Source of the DNA: an uncultured bacterium
Lineage (GTDB): Bacteria; Verrucomicrobiota; Kiritimatiellia; CAIKKV01; CAIYGI01
Length of the DNA stretch: 57,773 nucleotides
Assembly: GCA_903925685.1 (NCBI GenBank)
Contig: CAIYGI010000186.1
Coordinates: forward strand, 1-57,773
Reading direction: 5' to 3'
In this document: positions 54,165 through 57,773 of the stretch, one piece after another
Layout: every line of letters begins with the position of its first letter
How positions within the stretch are numbered: the stretch's first letter is position 1
Notes under the pieces: generated by a model
Seen by the model: the letters and a program-made list of their open reading frames with translations, nothing else
Databases searched by the model: none
Told to the model about the DNA's origin: nothing
Position numbers and translations under genes: made by a program

Positions 54165-55429
54165 ACCGCGGTTAATTTGGGGCCATTCGCGAGCAGAAAG
54201 TTCTCGGCCTCGGGATTCCAGAGCCCGTTGTGCGCCGCGCAGAGGCGTGCCAGTTCGGCGAAAAGCGGCTGGGTCTGACCAGCCGCCGCAAAGTCGGTAA
54301 TTGCGGTCAACGGCAAATCGTACTGGGTATAGATCAGCTTTTTACCGCCTGGTATCGACGGCAGATTCAATATCGCCTCGCGCGCCGCGGTAATGCCGCC
54401 GACATGCGTAATCATGGCCGAGGGATTGATGCGTCCGGCCGACATGAGGGCCAAGGCCTCGCGCATGTCGTCGGTATTGCCGCCGGAGGTGCCCACGATA
54501 TGGGTCTCGGCGTAATGGACGTTGTAGAAATTCAGCTTGGCCGCGAAATCGGTCCGGCTCGGCCCGGCGAAGAAGTTGAGGCAGCCGTTACGGCCCAGCA
54601 GCGCATCGGCCTGCTCGATCACCGGCGCCACCGGCGCGAAGGCGAAGACATCGTCGAATCCCTGCTTTGTCAGGCCGCGTAAATGGGCAAGCGCGTCGGC
54701 GGCATTGGCGGTGTTGACGTAGAGCAGTTTTACCCCATGGTTGGAGGCATCGCCCGATGTCATGAGCTGCGCCGCGCGATCGAGGCGTGCCTGGTCAATG
54801 TCGGTCACGACGAGCAGGCGCGGCCGGCGCGGTCCGTGAATAAGATAGTCTATGCAACCGAGCCCCATCGGTCCCGCCGCCGCCAGCAGGGCGCAGTCGC
54901 CGTCTTCCACGATCCCCATCAGATGCTGATAGCTGCCGATGCGGGTATGGTACTGGGCGTGGCAGGCGCCGACGATGCAGGACATCGGTTCGCTCAGCGA
55001 AGCCTTGTAAAACGCGTCGCCGGTGTATTTGAGCAGGCAGTCCATCTCCATGACCATGGCGGGCACAACGACGAAACCGGCCATGCCGCCAATCCAGCGG
55101 AAGGAATAACCCGGCGCGTTCAGCGAACCCTTGTAACCGAGCGCTGGCTGAATCGAGAACTTCTGCGCAGGCGCGAATTGTCCGGCCCATTTGCTTCCCA
55201 CGGCGCGAATGTAACCGGCGAACTCGTGCGAGATGATGATCGGCTTTTCGTTGACATCCTTGGGCACGCGCTTGTGGTCGGCGCCCTGCTCGGCCGCCTT
55301 GTGGTCCGACATGCAGATCGAATTGGTCACGATCTCGGCCAGAATTTCGTCTTCGCCCATTTCCGGCAGGTCGAAGGTTTCCAGTCGCAAATCGTTTTTT
55401 CCATAGAGCCGCAAAGCTGTGGTTTTCAT
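54161..55429 (-). CDS. Zinc-binding dehydrogenase (L-sorbose-1-phosphate reductase-like)
   Basis: RLYGKNDLRLE, SICMSD.KA, HEF.G, EPMSC, GPMG, LNFFAGP, GTSGG. Confidence 0.85.
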   Translation of the reverse strand: MKTTALRLYGKNDLRLETFDLPEMGEDEILAEIVTNSICMSDHKAAEQGADHKRVPKDVNEKPIIISHEFAGYIRAVGSKWAGQFAPAQKFSIQPALGYKGSLNAPGYSFRWIGGMAGFVVVPAMVMEMDCLLKYTGDAFYKASLSEPMSCIVGACHAQYHTRIGSYQHLMGIVEDGDCALLAAAGPMGLGCIDYLIHGPRRPRLLVVTDIDQARLDRAAQLMTSGDASNHGVKLLYVNTANAADALAHLRGLTKQGFDDVFAFAPVAPVIEQADALLGRNGCLNFFAGPSRTDFAAKLNFYNVHYAETHIVGTSGGNTDDMREALALMSAGRINPSAMITHVGGITAAREAILNLPSIPGGKKLIYTQYDLPLTAITDFAAAGQTQPLFAELARLCAAHNGLWNPEAENFLLANGPKLTAV

Positions 55430-55483
55430 CGGCACCAGAATGATCCGGTTAGCCGGGAAATTCAAGGAAAGGTTTTCGAAGGA

Positions 55484-55522
55484 GGTGTTCGGTGTTCGGG
55501 AAAGGCCCTGAACACTGAACAC
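55484..55522. repeat. Inverted heptamer pair (GGTGTTC x2 GGG / CCC TGAACAC x2)
   Basis: Hairpin-like; intergenic, right after the VTT gene stop. Confidence 0.8.
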
Positions 55523-55529
55523 CATTCAC

Positions 55530-56231
55530 CTAAGTAGCCGCCACTCTCCGCCGAGCCAGCAGCGCCAGCCAGGCGGCCAGCGCGAGGAGCAGCATGGCGG
55601 CGCCTATTTGCATGGCGGCCTGCGTCCATGTCGCCTTCCCCAATCCGCTGCCAACCAGCGTGACCGCCAGACTAGCCGGCAGCATGCCTAAAAAAGAGCC
55701 CGCCAGGAATATGCGCTGCCGCACGTTGGTCATGCCGAGCAGCAGGTTGATTATGATCCCGGCGACCGGCATCTGGCGGATCAGCACGATCCCCAGCATG
55801 GTGGGATGTTGAAAAAGGCCGTGCAAACGCGCGTGTCGCTGAAGCCGCCGTTGCACCCAGGCGCGTCCGCCCCAGCGGGCAAAGAGGAAGGTCAGGTAGG
55901 AGCCTGCCAGCCCGCCGAAGTGGGCCGGGCACAGGCCGCGTTCGAAACCGAACAGCATGCCGGCGATCGCGCACAGCGCCAGGCGCGGGACGCCCACGGC
56001 GACCGCCAGCGTGTTGATGGCGAAAAATATCAGCGGTGCGGCGGCGCCGGTGTCCCGTAGAACCTGCTTCCAACTTTGAAAATCCGTCACCTGGTGGCGC
56101 AGCGGCGTGGCATGCAGCGCCACCATGACAGCCGCGGTTGCCAGACCCAAAAACAGCATGCGCTGCGACTCGCGGCTCAGGCGTCCGCGCCGCCGCGCCG
56201 TCGGGATTGTCTCTGAAGGCGTATCGTGCAT
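55530..56231 (-). CDS. TVP38/TMEM64 (VTT/DedA) family membrane protein
   Basis: GVPR..AGMLFG..G..GS..TFLFARWGG, RQMPV, N..G, F..GS.LG..P. Confidence 0.88.
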   Translation of the reverse strand: MHDTPSETIPTARRRGRLSRESQRMLFLGLATAAVMVALHATPLRHQVTDFQSWKQVLRDTGAAAPLIFFAINTLAVAVGVPRLALCAIAGMLFGFERGLCPAHFGGLAGSYLTFLFARWGGRAWVQRRLQRHARLHGLFQHPTMLGIVLIRQMPVAGIIINLLLGMTNVRQRIFLAGSFLGMLPASLAVTLVGSGLGKATWTQAAMQIGAAMLLLALAAWLALLARRRVAAT

Positions 56232-56320
56232 CGCGGGGATACTAGGGGGCCAGACTGAAACGGTCAATCCGAACCCATTGTGCTTGCCAGACGGACGGGT
56301 GATATGGCAAATTATCCTAC

Positions 56321-56650
56321 ATGAATTTCATGCGTTCGATATGGGTGTTGGTGGTGGTGGCGGGAATCGCTTGCGCCTGTCGGCAGGCCGATGTTCGCAC
56401 CTATACGTTGCCTGTCACCGGCGTCAAAAACGCTGCATGCGAAGAGGTGATTCGCGAGGCGTTGAAGCGCACGGAAGGTGTGCAGGCGGACAAGCTTATA
56501 TTCTCCCCCGGGGCTGTGATCGTGACCTACGACAGCATGCGTCTGGCGCGCAAGAATATCGAGGCCGTCATCGCCGAGGCGGGGTTTACCGCCGGCGATA
56601 CCCCCGCCAACCCCGCCGCCGTCACCAACCTGCCCCCGGCATGTCGTTGA
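56321..56650 (+). CDS. HMA-like (ferredoxin-fold) domain lipoprotein
   Basis: Lipobox-like IACAC; V.GVKNAAC...I...L....GV, VTYDS, I.EAGF. Confidence 0.7.
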   Translation: MNFMRSIWVLVVVAGIACACRQADVRTYTLPVTGVKNAACEEVIREALKRTEGVQADKLIFSPGAVIVTYDSMRLARKNIEAVIAEAGFTAGDTPANPAAVTNLPPACR

Positions 56651-56672
56651 TTGTGTCTGGGAGTGTGCCGAC

Positions 56673-57560
56673 ATGCGGCCGCTGATTGAACAATTTCTCG
56701 ACTACCTGACGCTGGAGTGCGGGCTGAGCCCCAATACCCGCGCCGCCTACGGCCACGATCTCTTCGCCTTCGCCGACTTCTTCCTTACGCGCGGGGTGGA
56801 TCGTCCGGCCGATCTTCGCCGCGAAACGATCGTGGACGCGCTGCACGACGGCAAGGCCCACGGACTGGCGGTCAACACCCTCTCCCGCCGCCTGGTCGCG
56901 CTCAAGGTCTTTCTGCGCTACCTCGTGCAGGAAGGCATGCTCGAACGCAACGTGACCGACGTCATGGATGCACCCAAGATTTGGAAACTGCTTCCCGGCA
57001 CACTGAGCCTACGCGAAGTGGACCGTCTGCTCGCGGCGCCGACGGGGGACGATCCGCGCCATCTACGCGACCGGGCGTTGCTGGAACTGCTGTATGCCAC
57101 CGGAATGCGTGTCTCGGAACTGGCCGATTTGCCGCTGGAAGACCTGCACCTCGACGCCGGCTATCTGCGGGTGCTGGGCAAGGGCAACAAGATGCGCGTT
57201 GTGCCATTCGGAGAAACGGCCAGGCAGCGCGTCACGCAATACCTGTCCGAAGCCCGTCCTCGTTTTGTCAAAACAGGCGGCGCGCGCGAGCTCTTCCTCA
57301 CCAACCGCGGGCGCAAGTTGAGCCGCAAGACCGTCTGGTGGCTGATCAAAGGTTACACCCGCGCGGCTGGCTTGACGGCACGCGTGACGCCGCACACGCT
57401 GCGCCATTCCTTCGCCAGCCACCTGCTGGCCAATGGCGCGCCGCTGCGGCTGATCCAGGAAATGCTCGGCCACGCCGACATCGCCACGACGCAAATCTAT
57501 ACCCATGTGGACGGCCAGCGCCTGATGGCCGTGCACCGCCAGTTCCACCCGCGCGCGTGA
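56673..57560 (+). CDS. xerD: Site-specific tyrosine recombinase XerD
   Basis: E.GLS.NT..AY..DL, RDRALLELLYATGMRVSEL, GKGNK.R, HTLRHSFASHLL, LGHADIATTQIY, HPRA. Confidence 0.93.
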   Translation: MRPLIEQFLDYLTLECGLSPNTRAAYGHDLFAFADFFLTRGVDRPADLRRETIVDALHDGKAHGLAVNTLSRRLVALKVFLRYLVQEGMLERNVTDVMDAPKIWKLLPGTLSLREVDRLLAAPTGDDPRHLRDRALLELLYATGMRVSELADLPLEDLHLDAGYLRVLGKGNKMRVVPFGETARQRVTQYLSEARPRFVKTGGARELFLTNRGRKLSRKTVWWLIKGYTRAAGLTARVTPHTLRHSFASHLLANGAPLRLIQEMLGHADIATTQIYTHVDGQRLMAVHRQFHPRA

Positions 57561-57563
57561 GTA

Positions 57564-57594
57564 AGGTGGAAGGTGGAAGGTGGTAGGTGGAAGG
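57564..57594. repeat. Heptamer array (AGGTGGA) x4 after the xerD stop
   Basis: Same family as the 19243 and 20202 arrays. Confidence 0.85.
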
Positions 57595-57773
57595 GATTGT
57601 TCCACTCGCGCGCGTAAGGTGTTGGTAAACTTTAAACCGAAGTTCCAGCGTCTTTTCGATGCTCCATACATGCGCAAACCATTGATAATCAACAAGATGC
57701 GCGCGAAATGGCCGGTTTTTTTCGTTCCGTTTACTGGGGACACTTTCTTGGGTTCAAGGCAGTCTGATATTCA

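Noticed and set aside
53628-54170. ydcF-like gene as an integron cassette
   Set aside because: Only isolated core-like heptamers (e.g. TCCGAAC) are present, with no attC hairpin.
56673-57560. xerD as the integron integrase for the attC sites
   Set aside because: It lacks the IntI-specific insertion before box II, has ordinary XerD motifs, and lies 15-45 kb from the cassettes.

Overview
A GC-rich bacterial chromosomal segment. The exported-protein styles suggest the PVC superphylum (Kiritimatiellae/Lentisphaerae-like), which is an inference. The core content is an NCS2 permease, a pterin-binding methyltransferase, GT4/GH57 glycogen-type genes, and a ~21 kb minus-strand super-operon (GldA/F/G-like ABC exporter, DUF4340, MoxR, DUF58, lipoprotein, BatA, BatB-BatC fusion, BatD, BatE). 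Further core genes are Hsp20, cinA, ABC-F, ExeA-like ATPase, PHP phosphatase, radical SAM plus ferredoxin, a DUF2723/TMEM260-like GT-C, pheST, a Zn-dehydrogenase and xerD. The gene junctions hold AT-richer accessory cargo: a TA cluster (BrnTA-like, duplicated hicBA, orphan AbiEi), integron-type cassettes with attC sites but no integron integrase (two carry HEPN motifs), an ApaLI-like RM system, a C5-MTase/PstI-BsuBI-type endonuclease in-frame fusion, an orphan MTase, an IS1634 remnant and REP elements with a nested palindrome. The most striking unexplained pattern is a set of at least 13 degenerate 7-bp tandem-array loci from several sequence families, plus two 9-bp arrays. They sit at gene junctions with a consistent polarity, form inverted arms around cargo from ~5 bp to ~3 kb, and in three cases are translated in frame. 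All family assignments come from recognising motifs by eye; no database searches were run.
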